64,000 nt of DNA, taken from NCBI GenBank assembly GCA_964485815.1, contig CAZAJX010000005.1:193-64192 (forward strand), given 5' to 3'. A program made the position numbers and the translations under genes. The notes below the pieces were generated by a model. It ran no database searches, had not been told where the DNA came from, and saw only the letters and a program-made list of their open reading frames with translations. The stretch comes from an uncultured Oscillospiraceae bacterium (GTDB lineage Bacteria; Bacillota; Clostridia; Oscillospirales; CAG-382). Within the stretch, counting starts at the first letter, position 1; every line of letters starts with the position of its first letter. Positions 1-9,906 of this stretch are shown here, one piece after another.

Positions 1-109
1 ATCATAAGCGGCAACAATAAACACGGGCACAGGATACGCCCAGGTCTTTACTCCGAAATCTTTATCACATCGGATTTTATATTTCAATCGAATAAATAAT
101 AAACCAAAC

Positions 110-138
110 TTGTATTGCAAAAGATTTTATGTTATACT
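110..138 (+). promoter_or_regulatory. putative sigma-A promoter (TTGTAT-17-TATACT with TGt extended -10)
   Basis: ttgtat at 110-115, 17-nt spacer, tatact at 133-138, about 30 nt upstream of the ATG at 167. Confidence 0.4.
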
Positions 139-166
139 ATTATCATAATAATGCAAGGAGGACAAA

Positions 167-1078
167 ATGTTAGAATTAAAAGAGTGTTGCAAAGTACCTT
201 TCCCCGAAAATCTTTTTGAGGAATACGAAGTAAAAGAAAACGCCATATACGCAAACGTAAACGCTTCCAAAGTGCTTGAGATGATGAAACGCTTTATTGA
301 TATGCACGATGAGCCTCTGTTTTTCATTTTGGAGATTCCCTGCAAGCACGAAGACGGTATTACAGAATCCAAAACGCTTGTAAATTTAGGCGAGGATAAT
401 GACGTTTATTATATAGACGGAATGAACGCTGACTTTGCAAAACAGCTGTTGGATGCAATCGGAGATGTCTTGGTAAAGGACGGTATGAACACTTTTGGTA
501 TCGGTTGCCACGAATCTTCAGAAGAGATACTGCTGGGTAAATATAACGTAATGACGGTATATACCGTGGAATCCGAAAAATACCGCGGTTTCTTTGATTT
601 ATTCGGCATAAAAAAGGTAGACTCCCTTGTTACCGCGTGGGGCACGTTTGATAAGGAACACCCCGGCGAATGCACAATATATGTGTCGAAGGAAATGGGA
701 AAAACCGTTTACGATATCCCCGAAGATTTCAAGAAATACGGAATGTATTTTTATGAGCAGAGGATTGAAGACGAAGAACTGTACAACAAGGAAGTTGTGT
801 TCGATGATCTGATAGGAAAGATCTTGCTGGTGGGAATAACCTACTATACCCACGAAAACGAGTTTATTGAGCAAAAGCAGTTTTACGGCACGGTTACCGA
901 AGCCAACGAAAATATCGTCCGTATGACGCTTAAAGACGGCACAGAGTTTACCTTGCCGCCTGATTTAAGATCAACCAAAAGAGCGCGTCCCGGCGAATAC
1001 ACACTGCGCTCGACGGGAGAAGTTGTGGTTAATCCCGATTTTCTCGCAACGTGGAATCTCACCGGAGCCAAAGAATAA
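167..1078 (+). CDS. hypothetical cytoplasmic protein, no family recognised
   Basis: 303-aa ORF. ATG preceded by AAGGAGGA (155-162). No signal peptide or TM segment. Followed by a hairpin terminator. Confidence 0.6.
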   Translation: MLELKECCKVPFPENLFEEYEVKENAIYANVNASKVLEMMKRFIDMHDEPLFFILEIPCKHEDGITESKTLVNLGEDNDVYYIDGMNADFAKQLLDAIGDVLVKDGMNTFGIGCHESSEEILLGKYNVMTVYTVESEKYRGFFDLFGIKKVDSLVTAWGTFDKEHPGECTIYVSKEMGKTVYDIPEDFKKYGMYFYEQRIEDEELYNKEVVFDDLIGKILLVGITYYTHENEFIEQKQFYGTVTEANENIVRMTLKDGTEFTLPPDLRSTKRARPGEYTLRSTGEVVVNPDFLATWNLTGAKE

Positions 1079-1083
1079 TTTTA

Positions 1084-1111
1084 GGGCTGACAGCAAGTCA
1101 GCCCTTATTTT
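1084..1111. terminator. bidirectional rho-independent terminator between convergent genes
   Basis: gggctgac / gtcagccc 8-bp stem with 5-nt loop, T-run after it and A-run before it. Confidence 0.7.
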
Positions 1112-1141
1112 ATAACATGAGTTTTGAATGGGAATATAAAA

Positions 1142-2830
1142 TCACTCTGCGTTTAACGTCATAAGCTCCCGAATATCGGTTGCACCGTTAAAAACCAGAT
1201 TTCGACACGAATTCCACAAGGTATTCATACCGTTATCAATACAGATTCTGCGCAGTTTTTCCAGATTGTTTTCCGTTAAAACCGCAGTTTTTACGTTTTC
1301 GTTCATATACATCAGCTCGTGAACTGCGATACGTCCCTTGTAGCCGGTATTATTGCAGAATTGGCATCCTTGCGGTCTTGCTATACTTATGGGCTCGTTA
1401 ATTCCCAGAATTTCCATTTCCTTGGCGGTAGTACGCCCCTTCTTTTTGCAGATGGGACACAAGCGTTTTACCAGACGTTGGGCGATAACACCGACGAGAG
1501 CATCAGCCACAAGATAATTCGGCACGCCCATATCCTCCAGACGGACGATGGCACCGGGAGCATCGTTGGTATGCAGAGTGCTGAAAACCAGATGTCCCGT
1601 AATGGCGGAACGGACGGCGATTTCCGCGGTTTCTTCATCGCGTATCTCGCCGATCATAATGATATCCGGATCCTGACGCAATATAGAACGAAGGGCAGTT
1701 GCAAAGGTCATATTTGCCTTTGTATTTACCTGTGTCTGGTTGACTCCCTGCATGGTATACTCAACGGGGTCCTCTACCGTAACGATATTGACGGTGCAAT
1801 CGTTAACCTCCTTTAGGAAAGAATACAACGTAGTGGATTTACCGCATCCCGTAGGACCCGTAAGCAAAATTATACCGTGGGGCTTGGCAAGCATTTTATC
1901 TACCACCACGTTCTCCGCCTCTGTGAAGCCGAGATCGGCACGGGTGAACTGGAAAGACGTTTTATCCAGAACTATTATAACGAATTTCTCGCCGAAAACG
2001 GTGGGCAGAGTAGATACGCGGAGATCGAATTCATTGCCGCTTACCGTCATATTGATGCGGCCGTCCTGAGGGACTCTGCGCTCTGCGATATTCATATTCG
2101 CCAGAATTTTAAGACGGGCACAAATGGAAGAATAGGCTTCTATGGGAAACTCGGCGCGCTGTTGAAGATCTCCGTCGATACGGTAGCGGACGCGGACAAC
2201 CTTTTCAAAAGGCTCTATGTGAATGTCGCTGGCACGGTACGGAATTGCTTCTTTTATGATAGAATCCACAAAACGAACCGCAGGGTTATTTATGACATCG
2301 TCCTCCTGAGGGGCGGAGACGTTCTCCACAAGACGGGATGCGGCAAACTGATCGGATTTTTCGCTGTTAAGGTCCTCCAAAGCAGAGGTGGTGGAAACCA
2401 CCGCAGAGATGGAATCGACGTAACGGTCGATCTGCGTCGGCGGGACCAATACGTATTCGATTTTGCCGCTGAAGCGGACAGCCAGCGCCGAACGGGTATG
2501 GCAGTTGAGGGGTTTACCGGTTGCTACCAGTAAAACTCCGTTTTTATCGTAGCTTATGGGAATGATCTTGTGCTTTTTGAGAAAATCATATGTAAACAGA
2601 TCGAACAAGGACTTGTCGATATCGAGCATATCGATCTCGGCGGAGGGCATACAGTAGTATTCGCCCAAAGCCTCTAATTCGGAGGTTTCGGTTATGATCT
2701 CCTTGGCAAGCAAATAGTCCCGCACGGAAATATCAAGCCGTTTACATTCCGCAAGAATACCGTCAGCTTCTTTACGGCGGACAAGGTGCTTGTATATATA
2801 AAATTGTAAAAGCTCGTAATTGGTATTCAT
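1142..2830 (-). CDS. pilB: type IV pilus / type II secretion assembly ATPase (GspE/PilB family)
   Basis: Walker A GPTGCGKST, Asp box VEDPVEY, Walker B DPDIIMIGEIRD, His box STLHTNDA, C-terminal tetracysteine CPIC...CQFC. Confidence 0.92.
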   Translation of the reverse strand: MNTNYELLQFYIYKHLVRRKEADGILAECKRLDISVRDYLLAKEIITETSELEALGEYYCMPSAEIDMLDIDKSLFDLFTYDFLKKHKIIPISYDKNGVLLVATGKPLNCHTRSALAVRFSGKIEYVLVPPTQIDRYVDSISAVVSTTSALEDLNSEKSDQFAASRLVENVSAPQEDDVINNPAVRFVDSIIKEAIPYRASDIHIEPFEKVVRVRYRIDGDLQQRAEFPIEAYSSICARLKILANMNIAERRVPQDGRINMTVSGNEFDLRVSTLPTVFGEKFVIIVLDKTSFQFTRADLGFTEAENVVVDKMLAKPHGIILLTGPTGCGKSTTLYSFLKEVNDCTVNIVTVEDPVEYTMQGVNQTQVNTKANMTFATALRSILRQDPDIIMIGEIRDEETAEIAVRSAITGHLVFSTLHTNDAPGAIVRLEDMGVPNYLVADALVGVIAQRLVKRLCPICKKKGRTTAKEMEILGINEPISIARPQGCQFCNNTGYKGRIAVHELMYMNENVKTAVLTENNLEKLRRICIDNGMNTLWNSCRNLVFNGATDIRELMTLNAE

Positions 2831-2856
2831 AGATACACCTGCTTCGGAAAGGGATA

Positions 2857-4077
2857 TCAGTATTTCAGATTTGTCATAATGGTAAGCATGGGAGAATACA
2901 CGGATATAAACAGCGTACTGACTATTACGCCCATTATAACAAGCATAACAGGTTGCAGTTTTGAAGTAAGTGAATTGAGAGAGGTTTCTACCTGATTATC
3001 AAAAAACACGCAGGAGCGCAGTAACGCATCGTCAAGATTGCCGGTTCGTTCACCTATGGTAACCATTTGAAGCATCATCTGAGGGAACAATTTATACGTT
3101 TCGAAGGCGACGGTAAGGGACATACCCTGTCGCACCTGAAATGCTGCTTCGTGAAATTTCTGTTTAAGATAACGATTGCTTATGATAACCTCTACCGCAT
3201 CCATAGCGTTGTTAAGATCCATACCGCTGGCAAGAAGCAGACCGAACGCGCGGGCAAAACGGGCGGTGAACAGATTACGCTGAACAGTCTTGACAAAGGG
3301 GATATACATTAGCAATTTATCATAGAAAAATGCACCCGATTTGGTACGGCCGATAAAAACGAGAATAAGCACGGCGATAACGATAGCGGCAAGGATAATC
3401 TGCCAATAATTCAGCATAAAATCGGACATATCGTATACTACCTTGGTAAGACCGGTAATTTCCACATTCATCCGTATCATAGCATCGCGGAACGTGGGGA
3501 TAACCCAAAGCATCATAAGAAGCACGATACCCACAGTCATAGCCAAAAGCATTGCGGGATAAGATAAAGCGCCCCTCACCTTGTTCTTTATGGCACGGTC
3601 GCTTTCGTAATAATCGGCAAGAGAAGAAAAAACAAGCTCAAATTTACCGCTTAACTCCCCTACCCGCACCATACTGCGGAAAAAGTGGGGGAATACTTTT
3701 TTGTGTTTATCCAGCGCAGCAGAAAGAAGCAGGCCGCTTTTTACGTCCTCATAAACCACCTGCAAAAGCTTGCGGAAATATGAAGAATAGGTCTGATTAC
3801 GCAGGATATCAAGACAATCCAAAATAGGAATACCCGCATTCTGCATAATAGAAAACTGACGGCAAAAGGTTGTAAGCTCTGCCAAGGATACCTTGGAACC
3901 TACAGACAGCGAAAAGAAAGAAGCCGTGGGAGTATCGTTATCGTACGCCTTGCAGGAGATCAGAAATAAACTCTGCTTTGCAAGCTGTGCCGCGAGATCG
4001 TTTTCATCATTGGCGATGAACGTGCCTTTGATCTTTTGCTTTTGCAGATTAACTGCCGTATATTTATATTTCCGCAC
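2857..4077 (-). CDS. pilC: type IV pilus platform protein (GspF/PilC family)
   Basis: 406 aa, duplicated GspF-like halves with TM segments. GTG start 7 nt after GGAGG. Sits between the ATPase and peptidase genes. Confidence 0.88.
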   Translation of the reverse strand: MRKYKYTAVNLQKQKIKGTFIANDENDLAAQLAKQSLFLISCKAYDNDTPTASFFSLSVGSKVSLAELTTFCRQFSIMQNAGIPILDCLDILRNQTYSSYFRKLLQVVYEDVKSGLLLSAALDKHKKVFPHFFRSMVRVGELSGKFELVFSSLADYYESDRAIKNKVRGALSYPAMLLAMTVGIVLLMMLWVIPTFRDAMIRMNVEITGLTKVVYDMSDFMLNYWQIILAAIVIAVLILVFIGRTKSGAFFYDKLLMYIPFVKTVQRNLFTARFARAFGLLLASGMDLNNAMDAVEVIISNRYLKQKFHEAAFQVRQGMSLTVAFETYKLFPQMMLQMVTIGERTGNLDDALLRSCVFFDNQVETSLNSLTSKLQPVMLVIMGVIVSTLFISVYSPMLTIMTNLKY

Positions 4078-4107
4078 GGCAAAGCCTCCATTTCAAAAGA
4101 TTAACAA

Positions 4108-4899
4108 TTATCCCATCAAAAGTCCCACATACCAATTCAGGATATGCTCGCCTGCCAGCATAGCGACGAGAATTCCGCCCGCTATAAAGGGGCCGAAGGG
4201 ATATTCGGTGGTCCTGTCCCGCTTTTTGACACGGTTGAGGATCACCATCACAATACTGCCCGCCACGGAGCCGATAAGAATAGCCAAAATAAGCTTTTGC
4301 CAGCCCAAAAGCAGACCTGCGGCGGCGACAAGCTTTACGTCGCCAAAGCCCAAGGCTTCACGCTTGAGAATAGCAATAGCTCCGAAATACAGCAGCGCAA
4401 ACACACCTCCGCCCACAAACGCACCGATAATATGGTCGATAGGACGGGTGTAGGAATCATAAAACATAGCGATAATGCCTGCGGCGGCAACCATCACAAC
4501 GAAGCGGTTGTAGATAAGCATATGCTCTAAATCTATGTAAAAAATACATATGAGCAAAGAGCAGACTACTGCGGAAATAACCGCATATACCGGTTCTTTT
4601 TGCCAGAACAACGCTACGGACAGCAGCCACAGCGCCATATTTGCCAACTCCACCACGGTATACCGCACGGAGATAGGCGCGTGGCACTTACGGCATTTTC
4701 CGCCCAGCATAAGCCGGGACAGCACGGGGATGTTATCGTACCACTTCAGTTTATAATTGCACACGGTGCAATGAGAGCCGGGATGAGCAAGGCTCATTCC
4801 TTGGGGCAGGCGGTAAATAACAACGTTTAAAAAACTGCCAACAGTAAGTCCCAGAAGTCCGGAAAGGATATAGACGCAAACAAGGATATAAGAATCCAT
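4108..4899 (-). CDS. pilD: prepilin peptidase (A24 family)
   Basis: N-terminal CTVC...CRKC zinc motif, polytopic membrane protein, GFGDVKL aspartyl motif, AGGAGA RBS. Confidence 0.9.
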   Translation of the reverse strand: MDSYILVCVYILSGLLGLTVGSFLNVVIYRLPQGMSLAHPGSHCTVCNYKLKWYDNIPVLSRLMLGGKCRKCHAPISVRYTVVELANMALWLLSVALFWQKEPVYAVISAVVCSLLICIFYIDLEHMLIYNRFVVMVAAAGIIAMFYDSYTRPIDHIIGAFVGGGVFALLYFGAIAILKREALGFGDVKLVAAAGLLLGWQKLILAILIGSVAGSIVMVILNRVKKRDRTTEYPFGPFIAGGILVAMLAGEHILNWYVGLLMG

Positions 4900-4919
4900 T
4901 AATATCTCCTGTAAATTGA

Positions 4920-6083
4920 TCAGAACGTATTTGCTCCGTTATAGCGGTTAAGGAAGAAAGCGCCGTATAATTCAAGGTTTTCCGCCAAAACGGGATCTGT
5001 TCCTTCCGCAAGAAGGGGAGCAAAGGTAACGCCGTGCTCTTCCTTGGATTCGTTGACCGTTTCAAACACGCCTCTGTATTCATCGGGCATATTCACGTAG
5101 ACGGTATCCATTTTTGCAAGAGAAACTATTTCACGATTACCCGAAATGAGATCCAACGCCCATTTAACGAAGACACGGAAGTTTTCGTAAACGTACTCTT
5201 CTCTGGATTGAGGAGTGGGACGCTGCATAAACTTAGGCAGCTTTCTGCCTGCCCTGCCGGATACCTCCACAGATTCGTATACAACGGGATTTTCGCCGTC
5301 GGTCTGCTCGGAAGTATCGCCGCCGTCCATTGTCAGCTGCTTTGCGCGGGCACGCTCTTTTGCGTTAAGCACTAAAAGACGGCCTGCGCGGTGGTCAAAC
5401 AAGGTGTCCTCCGCCGCCACACGGGATCTATACAGCATTCCGTAGCCGAAGGGAAGATCGTAATAACCCATAGTGCATCCGCGGACAACGAATGCAAAGC
5501 GGGAGTAATTTTCTTTTATATCCAGCAAAAGGAAAGTTCCGTTACGGAGCTTGCCGTTTAAAGCCATAGCACCGTTTACCATAGCGTTTGAAGCGAAGGT
5601 AACGCCGCCCACAGCCACGCCGTTTTCGGCAAAGACCTTGCGCAATTCATCAAGCAGATCGCGGCGGATACCTACAAGACCGAAGGTTGCCGTCTGCTTT
5701 GTCTGCTGGATAGCGTATGTCATAAGATTAAGATCGCCCGCGTTATCGTAAACATTCTCGATAGCAAGGCTCAGGGAATGCTGCATCGCCTTGCGGTGGA
5801 TAACGGGTACGCTGACCATATCCAGTAAAAATAACTGGTCGGGCAGAACGAGGGCTGCTTTCTGCAGATCCATACCCGAAGTCTTTGTTTGCTGCTTGAG
5901 CACTTTTGCAACACGATCATAAAATTCCTGATCAAAAGCGCGGGGCTTGTAATTGGAAGAAGCTGTGGAAAGCTCGCCGCCTTCATCGGATATGGCGCCG
6001 AATTTTATGGTTTCGGAAAGAGGGTCAACGGAAATGACCGCGCCCCGAACGTTATTTTTATTTCCGCGAATGTTTTCAAACAT
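4920..6083 (-). CDS. PilM-like actin-fold pilus assembly protein (divergent)
   Basis: 387 aa, no TM segments. Its position in the pilus operon and segments such as AALVLPDQLFLLDMVSVP and GIRRDLLDELRKVFAENGVAV resemble PilM. Assigned by eye only. Confidence 0.55.
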   Translation of the reverse strand: MFENIRGNKNNVRGAVISVDPLSETIKFGAISDEGGELSTASSNYKPRAFDQEFYDRVAKVLKQQTKTSGMDLQKAALVLPDQLFLLDMVSVPVIHRKAMQHSLSLAIENVYDNAGDLNLMTYAIQQTKQTATFGLVGIRRDLLDELRKVFAENGVAVGGVTFASNAMVNGAMALNGKLRNGTFLLLDIKENYSRFAFVVRGCTMGYYDLPFGYGMLYRSRVAAEDTLFDHRAGRLLVLNAKERARAKQLTMDGGDTSEQTDGENPVVYESVEVSGRAGRKLPKFMQRPTPQSREEYVYENFRVFVKWALDLISGNREIVSLAKMDTVYVNMPDEYRGVFETVNESKEEHGVTFAPLLAEGTDPVLAENLELYGAFFLNRYNGANTF

Positions 6084-6131
6084 CTGGTTATCTCGCTTCC
6101 GTTTAGGTTGATTTTTAAAAAAATACGGGTA

Positions 6132-6452
6132 TTAGTTGTATTTCCACTCCGTAATTACGCCGCCGCTGTGAGAAACGGTAAGCGTATTTCCGTGTTCATC
6201 CTCTACAGTGAAAGGAGATGCTGTCGGATGGTCTGCAATATACTCTTCCGCCATTTGGTCAAGGTTAAGGCGGGTAGTAAGCTCAAGCTCTTTTTGCTGA
6301 ATATTCCCCTTGCCTATGAGGGCGGAAGTAACCAAAAGGGTACTGCAGGCAAATACCACTAACAACACCAACAGGGCAAGTTCCATTCCAAGACCTTTAC
6401 GGTCCAAAGCCTTGCCCTTTAAGTATTTAAAATTAAATTTTGCTTTTTTCAT
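6132..6452 (-). CDS. small single-pass pilus-operon membrane protein (PilN-like or minor-pilin-like)
   Basis: Basic N-terminus (KKAKFNFKYLKGKALDRKG), then TM MELALLVLLVVFACSTLLV, then a coiled segment. The ATG at 6452 overlaps the upstream gene by 20 nt. Start uncertain (TTG at 6479 is possible). Confidence 0.5.
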   Translation of the reverse strand: MKKAKFNFKYLKGKALDRKGLGMELALLVLLVVFACSTLLVTSALIGKGNIQQKELELTTRLNLDQMAEEYIADHPTASPFTVEDEHGNTLTVSHSGGVITEWKYN

Positions 6453-6846
6453 ATATTTCTTCGTCGTTAAAATATACAACGTAATTTTCTACCTCAGTCC
6501 CTCCGTCTGCGGTACCAACTACTACCTTTACGGTTTCATCGCCCACGGACAGAGTAAAAGTATTTTCGTCCTCTGCCGCCTCAAATCCTGCGGCGGTGAG
6601 GGCTGTTTTAAGCCTTTCAAGGGCTTTCTCCCCGTCGAAGCCGTCTGCAAAGCGGATACATTCCACAGCCGTTTCGCACCCTTCCAGGGCAACGGATTTG
6701 GTAATATACTTTGCATCTGCTTTTACGGATGCGATAAGCACGCTTACTGCGGCGCCGGTAATGAGCACCACCACCGCCATTGCAACCACGACTTCTGTCA
6801 TGGAAATGCCTTTTCTGTTTTTTAAAAGCTTTTTAAGTATTTTCAT
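6433..6846 (-). CDS. minor (pseudo)pilin with class III signal peptide
   Basis: KNRKG/ISMTEVVVAMAVVVL has G-1 and E+5. ATGA overlap with the upstream gene. Confidence 0.72.
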   Translation of the reverse strand: MKILKKLLKNRKGISMTEVVVAMAVVVLITGAAVSVLIASVKADAKYITKSVALEGCETAVECIRFADGFDGEKALERLKTALTAAGFEAAEDENTFTLSVGDETVKVVVGTADGGTEVENYVVYFNDEEIYEKSKI

Positions 6847-7370
6847 TGCGCACCTGCCGTTTCACCCACACGGGGATTTACACAAAAGGTGCAGGACAAG
6901 GTTTCCCCGCTGTGCTCGTTTTCGCTTACAACGGTGCAAAACAAAAGGAAATCGCCGTTTTCTTCGTTATGCATAATCTCGAATTCTGCGCTTACAACGG
7001 TTTCCGCCCTGACGGAAAGCTCACCGTCTTCGGGCAGGGCACCGGTAACATAACCATTTGCAAAACGCAGGATATATTCTTCTCCGTCAACCGTTGCGGT
7101 GATATAGCTTGGGTCCGGTTCGCCTTCGGGAGTTTCGCCCACTTCAAACGCCGCGCCTTTGGAAACGAGTATATCCACCCATCCCTCCAGCACGCTTTCC
7201 GCCTTAAGCCTGTCCTGCAGAACGGCATCGTTGGCGGCGTTTATTTTTGTGCGCTGTGTCATATACTGTGTGAAGGAGACCACCATAACGATCATAACGG
7301 ACACGAGGACGATAGCGACCATAATTTCCGCAAGAGTGGATCCGCGGCGGTCTTTGAATCTCTTTACCAT
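6843..7370 (-). CDS. minor (pseudo)pilin with class III signal peptide
   Basis: KDRRG/STLAEIMVAIVLV has G-1 and E+5. AAGGAG RBS. Confidence 0.72.
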   Translation of the reverse strand: MVKRFKDRRGSTLAEIMVAIVLVSVMIVMVVSFTQYMTQRTKINAANDAVLQDRLKAESVLEGWVDILVSKGAAFEVGETPEGEPDPSYITATVDGEEYILRFANGYVTGALPEDGELSVRAETVVSAEFEIMHNEENGDFLLFCTVVSENEHSGETLSCTFCVNPRVGETAGAQ

Positions 7371-7410
7371 ACAGCAGTACTCCTTTCATATTGATTTTAA
7401 AAGGTTTTTT

Positions 7411-7459
7411 AATCAAGAAACACCACAACACCAGATGGGTGCGTGGTGTTTCTTTGATT
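7411..7459 (-). other. long stem-loop between the major pilin and minor pilin genes (possible attenuator or 3' stabiliser)
   Basis: aatcaagaaacaccac ... gtggtgtttctttgatt, about 16 bp with one bulge. On the pilin (minus) strand no U-tract follows it. Confidence 0.4.
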
Positions 7460-7485
7460 TTTAGCTTAAATAAGTACGCGAGGGA

Positions 7486-7875
7486 TTAGTGGTTGCCTTT
7501 GTTGAAGCAGTCTGCTACGGTGCATCCGCTTCCTTTGGTAGGAGTCATCTTGCCGCCATCGAGAAGATAATAGCAATCGGTTTCGCTAAGTTCCGTAACA
7601 GGATCACCATCAACTACGCCGCCATCAACGAGCTCGACATAGTAACCATCACTGGTCTTTACGAAACAATCATCAACATACTTACCGGATTCAGCGGTAG
7701 CAGCTACATAGTTGGTGAAGAGGTTCTTAGCTTCCTGCTTAGCAGCGGTATACTGAGCCTTTTCGATAATGTTACCGAAGGTAGGAATAAGTACTGCTGC
7801 GAGGATTGCGATAACTGCGATTACGATTACGAGCTCAACGATAGTAAAGCCTTTGCGGTTGTTTTTGTTGTTCAT
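7486..7875 (-). CDS. pilA: major type IV pilin (prepilin)
   Basis: MNNKNNRKG/FTIVELVIVIAVIAILAAVLIP is a canonical G-1 F+1 E+5 signal. AGGAGA RBS before the ATG at 7875. The upstream part of the 166-aa ORF was rejected. Confidence 0.88.
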   Translation of the reverse strand: MNNKNNRKGFTIVELVIVIAVIAILAAVLIPTFGNIIEKAQYTAAKQEAKNLFTNYVAATAESGKYVDDCFVKTSDGYYVELVDGGVVDGDPVTELSETDCYYLLDGGKMTPTKGSGCTVADCFNKGNH

Positions 7876-7976
7876 TAAACACTTTCTCCTTTTAAACTCA
7901 GGTAGATGCGCCCGTTTATTTGGAAATGCCGTAAGAATTTCCCCTCTCCATCGGAAAGGCAAAATTTTACAAAAAT

Positions 7977-8005
7977 ATTTTAACACAACCTTAGACGAGT
8001 TTCAA
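7977..8005 (-). promoter_or_regulatory. putative promoter of the pilus operon (TTGAAA-17-TAAAAT with TGt extended -10)
   Basis: On the minus strand: ttgaaa (8005-8000), 17-nt spacer, taaaat (7982-7977). Confidence 0.4.
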
Positions 8006-8192
8006 CACAAAATGTTGAATTTTTTACTTTTTCGGTAAAAAACACACAAAAGACAAGCCGGAGCATGCCCATCCACCCCAACGCTTGCAAATTATGCAGA
8101 ATAAAACCGAAAAAACTATTTACTTTTTTTACACAATGAGTTATAATAATTTGGATATTGAAAAATAAAAAAACGCAAGGAGTATCAATTAG

Positions 8193-9851
8193 ATGAAACT
8201 TTCCCCTCTCCAGACTGTAAGATATCAGTACAACCCCAAGCTCCCCGGTATGCTCAGAAACGGTATTTCCGAAATCTGTGTTAAAAACGGCGGCGCTACC
8301 GAAAGCGTTGCGGATCAGGAAAAGATAAAAGCTCTGTTCCCCAACACCTACGGCAAAAACGAGATCACCTTTGAAAAGGGCGTAAACACCTCCGAATCCA
8401 AGAAGCAGGTTGTAGGCGTTATTCTTTCCGGCGGACAGGCTCCCGGCGGACATAACGTTATCTGCGGTCTTTACGACGCTTTGAAGGCTACCAACAAAGA
8501 AAACGTTCTTTACGGCTTCAAGGGCGGCCCCAGCGGTCTGCTTGAAGACAGCTACGTTATCTTTGACGATGAATATATTAACCAGTACCGCAACACCGGC
8601 GGTTTCGATATTATCGGCTCCGGCAGAACCAAGCTTGAAACCGAAGAGCAGTTCGCAGTTGTTGCAGAAGTTTGCAAAAAGCACGGCATTAACGCTGTAG
8701 TTATTATCGGCGGCGACGATTCCAATACCAACGCGGCTGTTCTGGCAGAGTACTTTGCGGCACATAACACCGGTATTCAGGTTATCGGATGCCCCAAGAC
8801 TATTGACGGCGACCTTAAGAACGAAGATATCGAATGCTCCTTCGGCTTTGATACCGCTACCAAGACTTATTCCGAAATTATCGGTAATATCGAGCGTGAC
8901 GCTAACTCCGCAAAGAAATATTGGCACTTCGTAAAGGTTATGGGACGTTCCGCTTCCCACGTAGCTCTTGAGTGCGCTCTTCAGACCCGTCCCAACATCT
9001 GTCTTGTAGGTGAAGAGGTTGCCGCAAAGAAGATGTCTATGGCTCAGATCGCAGATTATATCGCAGATTCCGTTGCATACCGCGCTTCCAAGGGCTGGAA
9101 CTTCGGTGTTGCTATCATTCCCGAAGGTATCGTTGAATTCGTTCCCGAATTCTCCGTTCTTATAGCAGAGATCAACGAGCTTCTCGCAGGCGAAAAGACC
9201 GAAGCGTTCAACGCACTTCCTACCTGGGAAGCAAAGTATGCGTTTATCGAAAACGGTCTTACCAAGGAATCTATGGCTGTTTTCGCAATTCTTCCCACTT
9301 CCATTCAGCAGCAGCTCTTCCTTGAGCGCGATCCTCACGGTAATGTTCAGGTTTCTCTTATCGAATCCGAAAAGCTGTTCTCCGCACTTGTAGCAGACAA
9401 CCTTAAGGCTCGTAAGGCTGCAGGCACTTATAACGGTAAGTTCTCCGCACTTCACCACTTCCTCGGCTACGAAGGCCGTTGCGCATTCCCCTCTAACTTC
9501 GATGCAGACTACTGCTATTCTCTCGGCTACAACGCATTTATGCTTATCCAGTACGGCTATACCGGATATCTTTCCAAGGTTTCCAACCTCAGCCGTCCCG
9601 CAGAGGAATGGGTTGCAGGCGGTATGCCCATCACCAAGATGATGAATATCGAAAGAAGACACGGCGCAGACAAGCCCGTTATCCGCAAGGCTCTCGTTGA
9701 GCTTGACGGCGCTCCCTTCAAGTTCTTCGCTGAAAACAGAGAAGAATGGTCCAAGGATACCTGCTTCGTATATCCCGGCGCTATCCAGTACTTCGGTCCT
9801 TCCGAGGTTTGCGATACCACAACCGTAACCCTCGCTCTTGAACAGGCATAA
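8193..9851 (+). CDS. pfp: diphosphate--fructose-6-phosphate 1-phosphotransferase (PPi-dependent PFK, long type)
   Basis: 552 aa with [16 protein letters not shown] and KTIDGDL motifs. AAGGAG RBS. Confidence 0.9.
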   Translation: MKLSPLQTVRYQYNPKLPGMLRNGISEICVKNGGATESVADQEKIKALFPNTYGKNEITFEKGVNTSESKKQVVGVILSGGQAPGGHNVICGLYDALKATNKENVLYGFKGGPSGLLEDSYVIFDDEYINQYRNTGGFDIIGSGRTKLETEEQFAVVAEVCKKHGINAVVIIGGDDSNTNAAVLAEYFAAHNTGIQVIGCPKTIDGDLKNEDIECSFGFDTATKTYSEIIGNIERDANSAKKYWHFVKVMGRSASHVALECALQTRPNICLVGEEVAAKKMSMAQIADYIADSVAYRASKGWNFGVAIIPEGIVEFVPEFSVLIAEINELLAGEKTEAFNALPTWEAKYAFIENGLTKESMAVFAILPTSIQQQLFLERDPHGNVQVSLIESEKLFSALVADNLKARKAAGTYNGKFSALHHFLGYEGRCAFPSNFDADYCYSLGYNAFMLIQYGYTGYLSKVSNLSRPAEEWVAGGMPITKMMNIERRHGADKPVIRKALVELDGAPFKFFAENREEWSKDTCFVYPGAIQYFGPSEVCDTTTVTLALEQA

Positions 9852-9871
9852 AATTTTATAAACAACAAATT

Positions 9872-9904
9872 CACCCCGAGAAGCAATTTCTCGGGGTGTT
9901 TGTA
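9872..9904 (+). terminator. rho-independent terminator of pfp
   Basis: caccccgagaa / ttctcggggtg 11-bp stem followed by tttgt. The stem resembles the CACCCCAAGAAG hairpin family seen elsewhere in the window. Confidence 0.75.
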
Positions 9905-9906
9905 TA

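Noticed and set aside
1-87. Possible 5' end of a minus-strand gene (TTG at 87; MKYKIRCDKDFGVKTWAYPVPVFIVAAYD..., faintly flavin-reductase-like) running off the left edge
   Set aside because: Only 29 codons are visible, the start is non-ATG and there is no RBS. Too little evidence to call.
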